A stretch of DNA of 64,000 bases from Mobula hypostoma (taxonomy: Eukaryota), in contig NC_086097.1 of assembly GCF_963921235.1 (NCBI RefSeq), forward strand, positions 187,428,001 to 187,492,000, in the 5' to 3' direction. The position numbers were made by a program, and so were the translations under genes. Below the pieces are notes generated by a model. That model searched no databases. It saw only the letters and a program-made list of their open reading frames with translations, and was not told where the DNA came from. The stretch's first letter is position 1. The number at the start of each line of letters is the position of its first letter. This document shows positions 37,618-49,960 of the stretch, in pieces.

Positions 37618-37755
37618 TGGTCCTGAAGGCGGGCCTCAGCCCAACATGACAACTGTTTATGCATTTCCATAGATGCTGCCTGAACTGCTGAATTCCTCCA
37701 GCATTCTGCGTGTTGCTTGGGATTTCCAATATCTGCAGAATTTCTCATGCTTACT
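37618..37755 (+). mobile_element. Penelope pLTR fragment
   Basis: Degenerate hammerhead plus catagatgctgcctgaactgctgaattcctccagc...gatttccaatatctgcaga tail. Confidence 0.75.
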
Positions 37756-38099
37756 TATTAGGTTCATCCACCATTTCTTTGTCTCCCATTACTACCTCTC
37801 CAAGGTCATTTTCAAGTAGCTCACCTATCTTTTACTCTTTATGTAGCTCAAAAAACCTTTGGTATCCTATATGATATTTTTGCCTAGCTTACCTCCATAT
37901 TTCATCTTTTCTCAGCTTTTTTTTAAGTTGCTGTCTGTTGGTTTTTAAAAGCTTACCAATCCTCTAACTTCCTACTAATTTTTACTATATTATATGTCCT
38001 CTCTTTTGCTTTCATGCTGTCTTTGACTTCCCTTGTTACCCATGGTTTCCTCATCCTCCCTTTAACGTACTTCTTCATCTCAGGGATGGATCTATCCTT

Positions 38100-38500
38100 G
38101 AACAGACTTGGAGATCTTTTATTCAATATTTTCATTTAATGTAATATATACCCTTCTTGTTTTTTTTTACTGTTTTTAATGGAGGTTGGGATTGAGGACG
38201 TGATTTTAAGTTTAACTCTGTTTGGTTTCAAGTTAGCCCATTGCTTTGCTTTGCTTTGCTTTTAGTTAGTTGCACAGTGGGGTTTTTTGGGGGTTTTTTT
38301 TTTTCCTTTTCTCTATTGATATATATATAAAAATTAGTATACTATTATGTTACCTTGGTATGTTATGTTTAAATTACATTCTAGTATTTTTTTTGTATTA
38401 ATATCTTCTGTAATTTTATTATATTCTAACAGTGTATTAGTGTCTATATGGCTTACCTTTTTGTATACTTATTCAATAAAAAGATTTAAAAAGAAAGAAA
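38100..38500 (+). mobile_element. 5'-truncated L1-clade LINE with 17-bp TSD
   Basis: gggatggatctatcctt at 38083-38099 and 38501-38517; begins EQTWRSFIQYFHLM* (L1 ORF2-like end); T-rich 3' UTR; AATAAA 38475-38480; A-rich tail. Confidence 0.85.
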
Positions 38501-38974
38501 GGGATGGATCTATCCTTTGCCTTCGGAATTGCCCCTGGAAACTCCAGCCATTGCTGTTCTACTAACTTCCCTTATACCATCATCTGTTAAAGTATCCCCT
38601 TCCAAGCAACTTTGGCTAGTTCCTCTCTCATGCCTCTGTAATTTGCTTTACTCCACTGTAATAGTGATATATCAAACTTTACCTTCTCAAGGGTTCCTTT
38701 TGCCTTAAGCTCCCGAATCGAATTTGGTTCATTACACAACAGCCAGTCCAGAATTCCCTTTTTCCTAGGGGGTTCAATCACAAACTGCTCTAAAAATCCA
38801 TCTTGTAGGCAGTGTACAAATCCCATCTCTTGGATCCAGCACCAATCTGATTTTCCCTATCTATCCTCATATTGAAATCCCCCATGACCATTGTAACATT
38901 GCCCTTATAACATGCCTTTTCTATGTCCTGTTGAAATTTATATCCCTCCATATAACTCCCAGCAGGGACTTTTT

Positions 38975-39070
38975 GCAGTCCTGAAGAAGGGTCTCAGCCC
39001 GAAACATCAACTGTTCATTCATTTCCAGATGCGTCCTGACCTGCTGAGTTCCTCCAGTATTTTGTGTGTG
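38975..39070 (+). mobile_element. Penelope pLTR mini-insertion with hammerhead-like motif
   Basis: cagtc-CTGAAGA-agggtctcagccc-GAAA-catcaactg then cctgacctgctgagttcctccag; interrupts the CR1 APE region. Confidence 0.8.
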
Positions 39071-39435
39071 TTTCTTTCTGCTCTTGCAGTTTCTTATTCC
39101 TACCCACAATGATGCTACATCTTCCAATCCTATGTCACCTCTTTCTAACTGATTTCATTTTTTTACCAACAGAGCCACCCCACCCCCTCTGCCTACATGC
39201 CCGCCCTTTTGTACTCTGCGTATCCTTGGATGTTAAGCTCCCAACTTTGTTCTTCTTTCAGCACATCTCAGCGATGCCCACAATGTCATACCTGCCAATT
39301 TCTAATGGCACTACAAGATTATATGTTTTATTCCATATACTACATGCATTCAAACATAATACCTTCAGTCCTGTATTCATCAACTTTTTCGATTTTGCTC
39401 CCATGTTGCACTTCAACCTCATCCCACCTTGTCAT

Positions 39436-39965
39436 TAGGGTTGGCAACTGTCCCGTATTTGCCGGGACATCACGTATATTGGGCTAAACTGGTTTCTCCC
39501 ATACTGGACTGCTCTTGTCCCGTATTTCCCCTGCTAAGGTAGGGTGTTCCTATGAAATTGTTCGTAAGCCAAAATGGCATAAAGTGAAGAAGCAATTACC
39601 ATTAATTTATATGGGAAAAATTTTTGGACATTCTCAGACCCAAAAAATAATCTACCAAATCATACCAAGTACCACATAAAACCTAAACTAACACTAACAT
39701 ATAGTAAAAGCAGGAATGATATGATAAATACACAGCCTATATAAAGCAGAAATAATGTATGTACAGTGTAGTTTCACTTAACAGAATTGGGAAGATTAAG
39801 CCAAAACCAATTTGTAGAAAAAAAAAATCGGCATGTACACGCGCGCACACAGGTGCCCGCACAAGGCTTCATGGTCATGGTAGTCTTTATCGGGGTAAAC
39901 ACAAGTGTCCTGTATTTGACTGCTACTTTTGTCCCTTACTTGGGAGTGGGAAAGTTGGAACCCTA
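39436..39965. mobile_element. Non-autonomous hAT (Blackjack-like) element, 530 bp
   Basis: TIRs tagggttggcaact / agttggaacccta; perfect 8-bp TSD cttgtcat (39428-39435, 39966-39973); subterminal tgtcccgtattt repeats. Confidence 0.9.
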
Positions 39966-41279
39966 CTTGTCATTTGCCTGTCCATTCTCACGGTTTCACT
40001 ACACACTGCATCAATTTGTATACCAACTGCCCCATCCTCAGCCCTGTCACTCCAGTTTCCGTCTACCCTGCCAACTTAGTTTAAACCCTCCCCAACAGTT
40101 TTAGCAAGCCTGCTGTCTAGGACATTGGACCCCTAGGGTTCAGGTGTAACACATCCCTTTTGTTCCTGGTCATAACTTTCCCAGAGAAATCTCAATGATT
40201 CAGATACCTGAAAATCTTCCCCTGCACTACTTCCTCAGCAACTCATTCATGTGCGCCATTATCCTGTTCCTGTCCTAACTAGCATGTAGCACTGGGAGTA
40301 ATCCAGAGATTACTACTTTTGAGGTCCTATTCTTCAACCTTTACCCTAACTCCATATACTCACTGTGCAGGACCTCTTCCCTCTTTTTTCATATGGCATC
40401 GGTGTCAATGTGCACCACGGCATTTGGCTGCTCACCTTCCCTCCTCAGAATCTTCTGCAGCCGCTCAGAGACATCCTAGACCTACTTCCTGGCAGGCAAC
40501 ACACCATCTTGGCTTCTCTTTCATTGCCGCAGAATCCCCTGTCTGCCTGACCACAAACTATAGAGTCTTCTATCACTATCACTCTGCCTGACTTTAGAAC
40601 TGGTCACAGTGCCACTGGTCTGGCTGCTACTGTGCAATTTCCCCCAGCAGTATCCAAAGGGTTATACTTGTCGCTGAGGGGAAATGGCCACAGGGGAACC
40701 CTGCACTAACTGCTTACTCCCCTTACTTCTCCTAGTGTTCACCCATGTGCTATCTGAAGTCTACAATCTGTGTGTGACTACCTCAGTAAAAGACTTATCA
40801 ATGAAGTTTTCAGCCTCCCACTTGGTTCTGAGTGCATCCAGCTCCAGCTCCAATTCCTTACCCTTTTCAGTCAGGATCTGAAGTTGGGTGCACTTCCTGA
40901 AGATGTAGTCTTCAGGGAGATAGTTCGGTACCCTCAAATGCCACATCTCACAGAAGGAGCATTCCACTGCCTGAACTACCACCCTGTCCACACTTGATAT
41001 GCCTCTAACTTCTGAAATGCAAGTTCTAGCCTGCCTCTGTTCTTAGCCAAATCCTGACCACTCTAGCACTATCCACTCACACAAACTCCACTCAAACTCC
41101 ATTTTTTTTATTGGTCCTTGCTAATTAACTCTAGTTATTATGAACTCAAGCTCTGCAGACAACTCCCAACAGGCTCAGCTCTCTTTTTTAAAACTGGTGG
41201 GTAAAGTCCACAAGAAACTGTCTCCAAATAAAGAATAATATTAATGATTTAAATGCTTCTGTAATGCTTAGTATAGAAT

Positions 41280-41465
41280 TTAAAATTTATTTATTTAAAT
41301 CTTACATACATCCCACATTGTGAGGGAGTAAAAATCTTTGTGTTATGACTCCGTCGCAATGTACAGATATGTGAATTTAGAAGTCTAATGGCTTGTAGAA
41401 AGAAGCTGTTTCGTAGCTTGTTGGTCCTAGCTTCAATGCTGCAGTACCGTTTGCCAGCTGGAAAC
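41280..41465 (-). mobile_element. Rex1-like LINE 3' tail fragment
   Basis: gagtaaaaatctttgtgttatg...gaaagaagctgtt...gtaccgtttgcc similar to 58737-58935. Confidence 0.65.
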
Positions 41466-42399
41466 AGCTAATGAAAGTATCAATACAAACAATCAGTCAT
41501 GACTCATGCTTGAGTTAAAACTGACAAGTAAGAATTAAACCAAATTCCACCTAGAAATTCTATCACCAGTTGAACAATCTCAAAAAAACAGAAATAAGGT
41601 TAAATTGTTTGTTTAAAGCTTTCCCCAATGCTGACCATTTAAGTTAACTAAAGTATTGAAAAAATTCCAATGGCTTGTGACTAACCTTCGAAGGAAATTT
41701 AACAGGTAGCTGAAGACCCATGAGCAACTTTGTGTTGACAACAGCATCAATCATTGCTAGACAGAGGTTTGACAACATCTCACTGGAAATAGTAGATGGG
41801 CAGTGCTTTAGGAGGTGACAACTCACATGAGGAGTTTAGTGAGTTAGACCAACAGTCTGCGGAACTGTGGATAGATTGCACATCATCCCTAATTAGATGA
41901 AACTTTGATAGGCTTTGCAGTTTATGTAAATTTTGGACAACATTTTAGAAAGAAAGCCATTAAGCATGTGTTGATGAGAAAAAGAAACTCCATTAACATA
42001 CTGATTTCTTTTTAGAATGGGCTGCAGATAAGTGCTGGAAATTAGAAGCATCTGCAGGTGGAACAAATGTATTAATCAACAACTTATTTTATTCACATGG
42101 GACAATATTTACTAAAATTAATAAGATCTTATTTTCAATTGTCAGAAATGTTCACATAAATTTATGGTAAGTATTGATATAATTCCTCAGTATCTTTTTC
42201 TGCATGTAATCTAAAATGGTCCTTAATGTAAATTATGTTATACAAGGTTTCATTTATTGGTTTTACCACATTATTCGAATCACAAAAAAAATCATATTGT
42301 ATACTAAATAAAAAGAGAAAGTAACTTGATGTGCAAACAATTTGTCATAAAATCACATTGAATTTGCAACCATCAAAAAATTAAAATTGTTTAGCTATC

Positions 42400-43035
42400 A
42401 CTTTCAGAGATTCTGCAGTTCATGTTCCACAACTTTCTGTTTACTTCTTTTTCTCTCTATTCGCATGATTTAATCAAGGCATCAATACCGAGGGTGAAGT
42501 ACAAACCGGTGTTCAGGTCACTACACTGTGAGGTGTACTCACTTCCGTACCGAACCGATTCCACAGCTGTGGCCGGCGACCACTGGCACTCACATTCTCA
42601 TTGAACTGGCTCCTTGAACAGTCTCCTTTGGTGACTCTGCAGTTAATGTTAAATTTGTACAATTTGTTCTTTTTATCACAAATTCGTGTGTTTGATGATC
42701 TTTGTTGTGTGGGTTTTTTAATGATTTCTATTGTAAAAACGGTTCTCGGGTTTTCCCGGCATATATGATGCATAAACTCTTTTCGGTCTTCCAGCTAGGT
42801 CCAGCTGTCAATTTTAACCAATATTTCTATAACAAGCACCACCGTCTCCATGTAAATGGCGGGGTTTGTCATTGAAATGTCAGTTAAAATTTACACCTGG
42901 ACCCGCCTGGAAGCCCGAGAGGAGTTTATGGGTTATATTGTGTTTTTTTCTGGTTTGTGGCTGCCTGCAAGAAGAAGAATATCAAGGTTGTATACAGTAT
43001 GCATACTTTGAGAATAAATATACTTTGAACTTTAA
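42400..43035 (+). mobile_element. Non-autonomous retroposon (shared tail family) with a Penelope-type fold-back insert
   Basis: Ends gtggctgcctgcaagaagaagaatatcaaggttgtata...gagaataaatatactttgaacttt; 5' boundary uncertain. Confidence 0.55.
42771..42930. repeat. 160-bp inverted repeat (77-bp arms, 6-nt loop), Penelope pLTR-derived
   Basis: 42771-42847 and 42854-42930 align without gaps as reverse complements (about 59/77 by hand count). Confidence 0.85.
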
Positions 43036-43569
43036 TGGATGTACAATGCAGTTCTTTAAATTTTCTATTCAGAGTACAAAACATTGGTCTTCATTGTGCA
43101 CTGATGTCTAGTGATCCAAAACTGGACCAGAGAATTGTATAATTGTAAGGCATTATAAAACAGAATTCCCACCTGTTTGAGCTCTTTGCAAATGCTGGCT
43201 ACTTTGTTTCCTTCCTCTGCACTTTCCCCAATAACTTGTAAATTTCTTGTTGGAATATGTAATCAACCTTCATTTAAAACTATAATAGATTCTTCTTCCA
43301 CCATACTTCAAAGTTATGAATTATAGCCCATCAGTTCTTTTCCACAGAACCCAGAAAAACAATGTTGTGCATACAAAAATCGTGTCATGGTGACAATAGC
43401 CAATTTTGCACATGTTTCTGAGTGAGTTATTAATCAGTCATTAATAAGAAAGGAAATGATGATTGTCCAGTTCTTCCAGATATTGCCAATAACAATTTAA
43501 GACTCAAAGTACATTTATGACTAAATTTTTGTCTGTTCTCTCATTGCAAAAAAAAAAGATGAACAAGCC

Positions 43570-45900
43570 TTAGACCATAAGAACCATAATTAAGCAATTT
43601 GGTCCATTGTGTCTGCTCCACCATTTTATCATGGCTGATCCATTTTCCCCTCAGCCCCAATCTATTGCCATCTCCTCATAATCCTCCATGCCCTGACAAA
43701 ACAGGAATCTATCAACTTCTGCCTTAAGTATACCCAATGACCTGACCTCCACAGCTGCTGTGGCAATGAATTCCACATATTTACCACTCTCTCACTAAAG
43801 GAATTCCCCCGATCTCCATTCTAAATGGACATCCCTCTGTTCTGAAGCTGTGCCCTCCAGACCTAGACTCCATCAACAAAGAAAATATCCTCGCCATGTC
43901 AACTCTATGGAGGTATTTTAACAGTTGATAGATTTCAAAAAAAAACTCCTCATTCTTCTGAAATCCAGTGAGTACATAGAAACATAGAAAATAGGTGCAG
44001 GAGTAGGCCATTCGGCCCTTCGAGCCTGCACCGCCATTCAGTATGATCATGGCTGATCATCCAACTCAGAACCCTGTACCAGCCTTCCCTCCATACCCCC
44101 GATCCCTTTAGCCACAAGGGCCATATCTAACTCCCTCTTAAATATAGCCAATGAACTGGCCTCAACTGTTTCCTGTGGCAGAGAATTCCACAGATTCACC
44201 ACTCTCTGTGTGAAGTAGTTTTTCCTCATCTCGGTCCTAAAAGGCTTCCCTTTTATCCTCAAATTGTGACCCCTCGTTCTGGACTTCTCCAACATCGGGA
44301 ACAATCTTCCTGCATCTAGCCTGTCCAATCCCTTTAGGATTTTATACGTTTCAATCAGATCCCCCCTCAATCTTCTAAACTCCAATGAGTATAAGCCTAG
44401 TTGATCCAGTCTTTCATCATATGAAAGTCCTGCCATCCCAGGAATCAATCTGGTGAACCTTCTTTGTACTCCCTCTATGGCAAGGATGTCTTTCCTCAGA
44501 TTAGGGGACAGGGCAGAGCTATCAATTGTTCCTCATACGGTAACGCTTTCATTCCTGGAACCATTCTCATGAACCTCCACTGAACCCTCTCCAATGTCAG
44601 CACATCCTTTCTTAGATAAGTCTCACTACACACTGACTCTGTTTGTAAACCAATTGCCCCATCCCCAGAAATATCAGTCTGGTATGTACCCCCCTGTCAA
44701 ATTAGTTTAAACCCTCTTGAACAGCTCTAGTAAACCTGCCCGCAGGATATTGGTTTCCCCTTGGGTTCAGGTCCATAAGACTATAAGACTTAGGAGCAGA
44801 AGTAGGCCATTTGGCCCATCGGGTCCACTCTACCATTCAATCATGGGCTGATCCACTTCATACAGTCATCCCCACTCTCCTTTTTCACCCCATACCCTTT
44901 GATGCCCTGGCTAATCAAGAACCTATCTATCTCCGTTTTAAATTCACCCGATGACTTGGCCTCCACAGCTGCTCGTGGCAACAAATTCCACAGATTTACC
45001 ACCCTCTGACTAAAGTAATTTCTCTGCATCTCGGTTCTAAAAGGACATCCTTCCATCCTGAAGTTGTGCCCTCTTGTCCTACCATGGGAAATAACTTTGC
45101 CATATCTAATCTGTTCAGGCCTTTTAACATTTGGAATGTTTCTATGAGATTCCCCCCTCATTCTCCGGAACTCCGGGGAATACAGCCCAAAAGCTGCCAG
45201 ACATTCCTCATATGGTCTAAACCGTCCCATTTGTACAGGTTGTACCTTTCCCCGAAGAGATCGCAATGATCCAGAAATCTGAATCTCATTGTTGCATGGC
45301 ACAGGCAGCAAACCATAGATTACCATCCTGGCAGGCCCTGCTTATTAGCTTTCTACCTAGCTCCCTAAAATCTCTCTTCAGGACCTCCTTGACTTTCCTA
45401 CCTCTGTCATTGATGTCAATATATACCAAAACTTCTGGCTGCTCACTCTTCCAGTTTAGAAAGCTGTCAACCTGATCTGTGACATCCCTTATCCTGGTAC
45501 CTGTGAGGTAACATACCATCCAGGTGTCTCTATCACATCCACAGAAGCTCGTCTTTATTCCTCTAGATATGGAATCTCCTATCAGTTTTGCAGTCTATTT
45601 CAGCTCTCTTCTTTTCTGAGCCACCAGTGCCAGACTCATTGCCAGAGACCCAGTAGCTGTGATTCCCCTGGTAGGTTGTCCACCTCAACAGTATCTTAAA
45701 TTGTATACTGTACTTACTATTGAAGGGAATGGCCACAGTGGGTCTCTGTACTGGCTGCCCATTTCCCTTCCTTCTCCTGACAGTCACCTAGTCACCTGCT
45801 GCCTACAGGCTAGGGGTGACTATCTCCTGTAGCTCCTATCTACCATTTTATCAGTCTCTTGAAAGTCATTGAGCTGCAGCTCCAGCTCCTTAACACATTC
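43570..45900 (-). mobile_element. Cluster of nested CR1 fragments (3' ends at about 43570, 43975, 44773; ORF1 remnant 45215-45900)
   Basis: Three separate CR1 tails with RT C-termini; ORF1-like PEVLVYIDIND. Confidence 0.85.
43975..44508 (-). mobile_element. Young 5'-truncated CR1, same subfamily as 33469-34214
   Basis: IPGMAGLSYDERLDQLGLYSLEFRRLRGDLIETYKILKG nearly identical to the 33491 ORF; catagaaacatagaaa tail. Confidence 0.93.
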
Positions 45901-46059
45901 TCTGGGGAGCAGTGGCACTATCAGGACACTATTTAAAGGAGGACATCTCTCCTGCACACCTAGTCAGACTGCTCACAACTCCATTTACCAATCCACGTGT
46001 TAATCTATCCAAACTGCGATCCTAGTCACCATAACACTAGGAGATGGTTGGATAAAGTG

Positions 46060-46588
46060 GTCCGTATTCTTCCAGCATCCAAGTGGACCTAGTCAACTTT
46101 ATCAACTTTGCTCTCAACTTCCACCCTACCCTCAAATTCACTCGATCCATCCCTGACACCTCCTTCTTCTTTTGTGATCTCTCTGTGTCCATCTCAAGAG
46201 AGGGATTATTCACTGACATCTACTATAAACGCAACAACTCCCAACAGCTACCTTGACTACATTTCCTCCCACCCTAGCATCTGTAAGGATGCCACTCCAT
46301 TTTCTCAGTTCCTTCATCTTCCTCTCACCTGTTTTTGTGAAATAGAGTTCACCTCTTCCCATTGCTTTAGATGGATCCCTCACCTGCATCTCCTCTACCT
46401 CCTGTTATTGCTCTCATGCATCTCCTCCATGTAGCAGAAGATGGATAGAATTCCCTTGATCCATCACCCCACCAGTCTATGCATCCAACATATCACTCTT
46501 CACAACTTCTGCCACTTCCAATGGGATAACACCACCAACCACATCTCCAGCTTTCCCTCTCCACTTTCTGCAAAGTATACTCTTTCCA
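46060..46588 (+). mobile_element. Penelope-like RT fragment, decayed
   Basis: DLVNFINFALNFHPTLKFT and SYLDYISSHP...PFSQFL match the 16010 ORF. Confidence 0.8.
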
Positions 46589-46589
46589 T

Positions 46590-47488
46590 ACACAAACAAG
46601 AAAAAAATCTGCAGATGCTGGAAATCCAAGCAACATACATAAAATGCTGCAGGAACTCAGCAGGCCAGGCAGCATCTATGGGAAAAAGTACAGCTGATGT
46701 TTTGGGCTGAAAACCTTCAGCAGGACAGGAGAAAAAAAGCAGAGGAGTAGATATAATAGGTGGGGGAAGGGGAGAAGGAAACACAAGCTAATAGGTGAAA
46801 CCAAAAGGGGAGGGATGAAGTAAAGAACTTAGAAGTTGACTGGTGAAAGAGACAGAAGGCCACGGAAGAAAGAAGAGGGGGAGGAGCACCAGATGGGTGG
46901 GCAAGGAGATAAGGTGAGAGAGGAAAAAGGGGGTGGGAAATGGTAAAGTTGGAGGTGTGGGGGCATTACCAGAAGTTTGAGAAATTGATGTTCATGGCAT
47001 CATGTTGAAGGCTACCCAAACGGAAAATAAGGTGTTGTTCCTCCAAGCTAAGTGTGGCCTCATCACAACAGTGGAGGAGGCATGGATGGACATATTGGAA
47101 TGGGAATGGGAAGTGGAATTAAAATAGGGGGCGACTGGAAAATCATGCTTTTTCTGGTGAAAGGAGCGAAGGTGCTCAGCAAAGTAGCCTCCCAATCTGC
47201 ATCAGGTCTCACCGATATACAAGAGGCAAGACCAGGAACACCAGACACAGTATATGACTCCAACAGACTCACAGGCAAAGTGTCACCCCACCTGGAAGAC
47301 TGTTTAGGGACCTGAATGGTAGTGGGGGAGGAAGTGTAAGGGCAAGTGAAGCACTTTTTCTGCTTCCAAGGATAAGTGCCAGGAGGGAGATCAGTGAGAA
47401 GGGACAAATGGACAAAGGAGTCACACAGAGAACAATCCCTGTGGAAAACAGAAAATGGGGGGAGAGAGAAAGATGTGCTTGGTGGTGG
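46590..47488 (-). mobile_element. Penelope-like element 3' half (GIY-YIG and pLTR)
   Basis: PGTYPWKQKKCFTC, YFAEHLRS, FNSTSHSHS; pLTR with degenerate hammerhead at about 46691-46728. Confidence 0.88.
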
Positions 47489-48013
47489 AAAATTTGGTGT
47501 GGGCCCCCAAATACTAAGAACTTTCTATAGGGGCACAATTGAGAGCATCCTGACTGGCTGCATCACTGCCTGGTATGGGAACTGTACTTCCCTCAATCGC
47601 AGGACTCTGCAGAGAGTGGTGCAGACAGCCCAGCGCATCTGTAGATCTGCACTTCCTACTATTCAAGACATTTACAAAGACAGGTGTGCAAAAAGGGCCC
47701 GAAGGATCATGGGAACCTGAGTCACCCCAATCACAAACTGTTCCATCTGCTACCATCCAGGAAACAGTACGCAGCATAAGAGGCAGGACCAACAAGCTCT
47801 GGGACAGCTTCTTCCAGCAGGCCATCAGACTGATTAGTTCATGCTGATGCAACTGTATTTCTGAGTTATATTGACTGTCCTGTTGTACATACTACTTAGT
47901 ATAAATTTCTATAAATTGCACATTGCACATTTAGGTGGAGACATAACGTAAAGATTTTTACTCTTCACATACATGAAGGATGTAAGTAATAAAGTCAGTT
48001 CAATTCAATTCAA
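47489..48013 (+). mobile_element. Rex1/Babar-like LINE 3' fragment
   Basis: FYRGTIESILTGCITAWYG, DSFFQQAIRL; (CAATT)n tail. Confidence 0.9.
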
Positions 48014-48497
48014 TATGTGTGTTGCCATTATCAAGGAACTATGAGTTTGCACCCAGAGATCTCTGTAGACAACACTCCTACGGTACCTGCCATTTACAGT
48101 ATATATGTTATTAGCATTTGTCCCAAAATGCCTTACATCACACTTGTCTGGATTAAATTCATCCTGCCACAGCTTTGCCCAACTTTCTTTGTGCTTGGTA
48201 GGTCATGTCTAGCCAATCTAATCTTTATTACGTGAACATTAATACATTTCCTGAGAATTTTCCTGCTACTGATATACAGTTCTCCACCCTGTATCTTCCT
48301 GGCTTATCAATCCTTCCTTTTCAGAAGATGAGAACATTTGCTATCCTCCAGCACATAAACCAAAACTGAAAAAGATCTCATCCTTTTCTTGCCAATAACA
48401 TTAATATTTTCTCCTTCTTGATTAAAACATGTTCCAGCACATCAGCATATCCCTTTGCTAACTCTCCAGTTTCCACATCTTTCTCTCTGGTGAATTA

Positions 48498-49960
48498 GAG
48501 AAACATAGAAAACCTACTTCTCAATACAGGCCCTTCGGCCCACAGTGCTGTGCCGAACATGTCCTTACCTCAGAAATTACATAAGGTTACTCATAGCCCT
48601 CTATTTTTCTGAGCTCCATGTACCTGTCCAGGAGTCTCTTAAAAAACCCTATCGTATCTGCGTCCACCACCATCGCCAGCAGCCCATTCCACGCACTCAC
48701 CACTCTCTACGTAAAAAATTGATAAATGCCTCTCATCATCTCATACACTTTTATCAGGTCACTAATCATTTTCCGTCGCTCCAAGGAAAAAAGGCCGAGT
48801 TCACTCAACCTATTCTCATAAGGCATGCTTCCAAATTCAGGCAACATCCTTGTAAATCCCCCCTTCACCCTTTCTATGGTTTCCACATTCTTCCAGTAGT
48901 GAGGCGACCAGAACTGAGCACAATACTCCAAGTGGGTCTGACCAGGGTCCTATATAGCTGTAACATTACCTCTTGGCTCTTGAACACAATCCCATAGTTG
49001 ATGAAGGCCAATGCACTGTATGCTTTCTTAACCACAGAGTCAACCTGAGCAGCAGCTTTGAGTGTCCTATGGACTCGGACCCCAAGATCCCTCTGATCCT
49101 CCACATTGCCAAGAGTCTTACCATTAATACTATATTCTGACATCATATTTGACCTACCAAAATGAACCACCTCACACTTAGCTGGGTTGAACTCCATCTG
49201 CCACTTCTCAGCCCAGTTTTGCATCCTATCAATGCCCCGCTATAACCTTTGATAGCCCTCCACACTATCCACAACACCCCCAACCTTTGTGTCATCAGCA
49301 AATTTACTAATCTATACTTCCACTTCCTCATCCAGGTCATTTATAAAAATCACGAAGAGCAGGGGTCCCATAACAGATCCCTGAGGCACACCACTGGTGA
49401 CCAACTTCTGGATCCACAAAGCAATGTCCCCTTGGATCCCATGCCTTCTTACTTTCTCAATAAGCATTGCATGGGGTACCTTGTCAAATGCCTTGCTGAA
49501 ATCCATATACACTACATCTAGTGCTCTACCTCCATCAGTATGTTTAGTCACATCCTCAAAAAATTCAATCAGGCTCGTAAAGCACGACCTGCCTTTGACA
49601 AAGCCATGCTGACGATTCCTCATCATATTATGCCTCTCCAAATGTTCATAAATCCTGCCTCTCAGGATCTTCTCCATCAACTTACAAACCACTGAAGTAA
49701 AACTCACTGGTCTATAATTTTCTGGGCTATCTCTACTCCCTTTCTTGAATAATGCAACAACATTCACAACCCTTCAATCCTCTGGTAGAGATCGTCACTA
49801 GAGGCTCAGCAGTCTCCTCCCTCGCCTCCCACAGTAGCCTGGGGAATATCTCATCCGGTCCTGGTGACTTATCCAACTTGATGCTTTCCAAAAGCTCCAG
49901 CACATCCTCTTTCTTAATATCGACATGCTGAAGCTTTTCAGTCTGCTGCAAGTCATTCTG
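48498..49960 (-). mobile_element. 5'-truncated CR1 (same subfamily as 20898-24665)
   Basis: YMDFSKAFDKVPH, GVPQGSVMGP, WAEKWQMEFN; aaacatagaaaac tail. Confidence 0.92.

Larger units (their letters stand above)
37565..41050 (-). mobile_element. Decayed CR1 sequence (ORF1, APE, linker) carrying several nested insertions
   Basis: VECSFCEMW...RKCTQLQIL (40761-40991); LQDGFLEQFV; KPWVTREVK. Confidence 0.85.

Noticed and set aside
42542..42635. Minus-strand exon candidate with GAA|gtgagt donor (VTKGDCSRSQF...)
   Set aside because: Appears to lie within a retroposon body, and the peptide is not recognisable.
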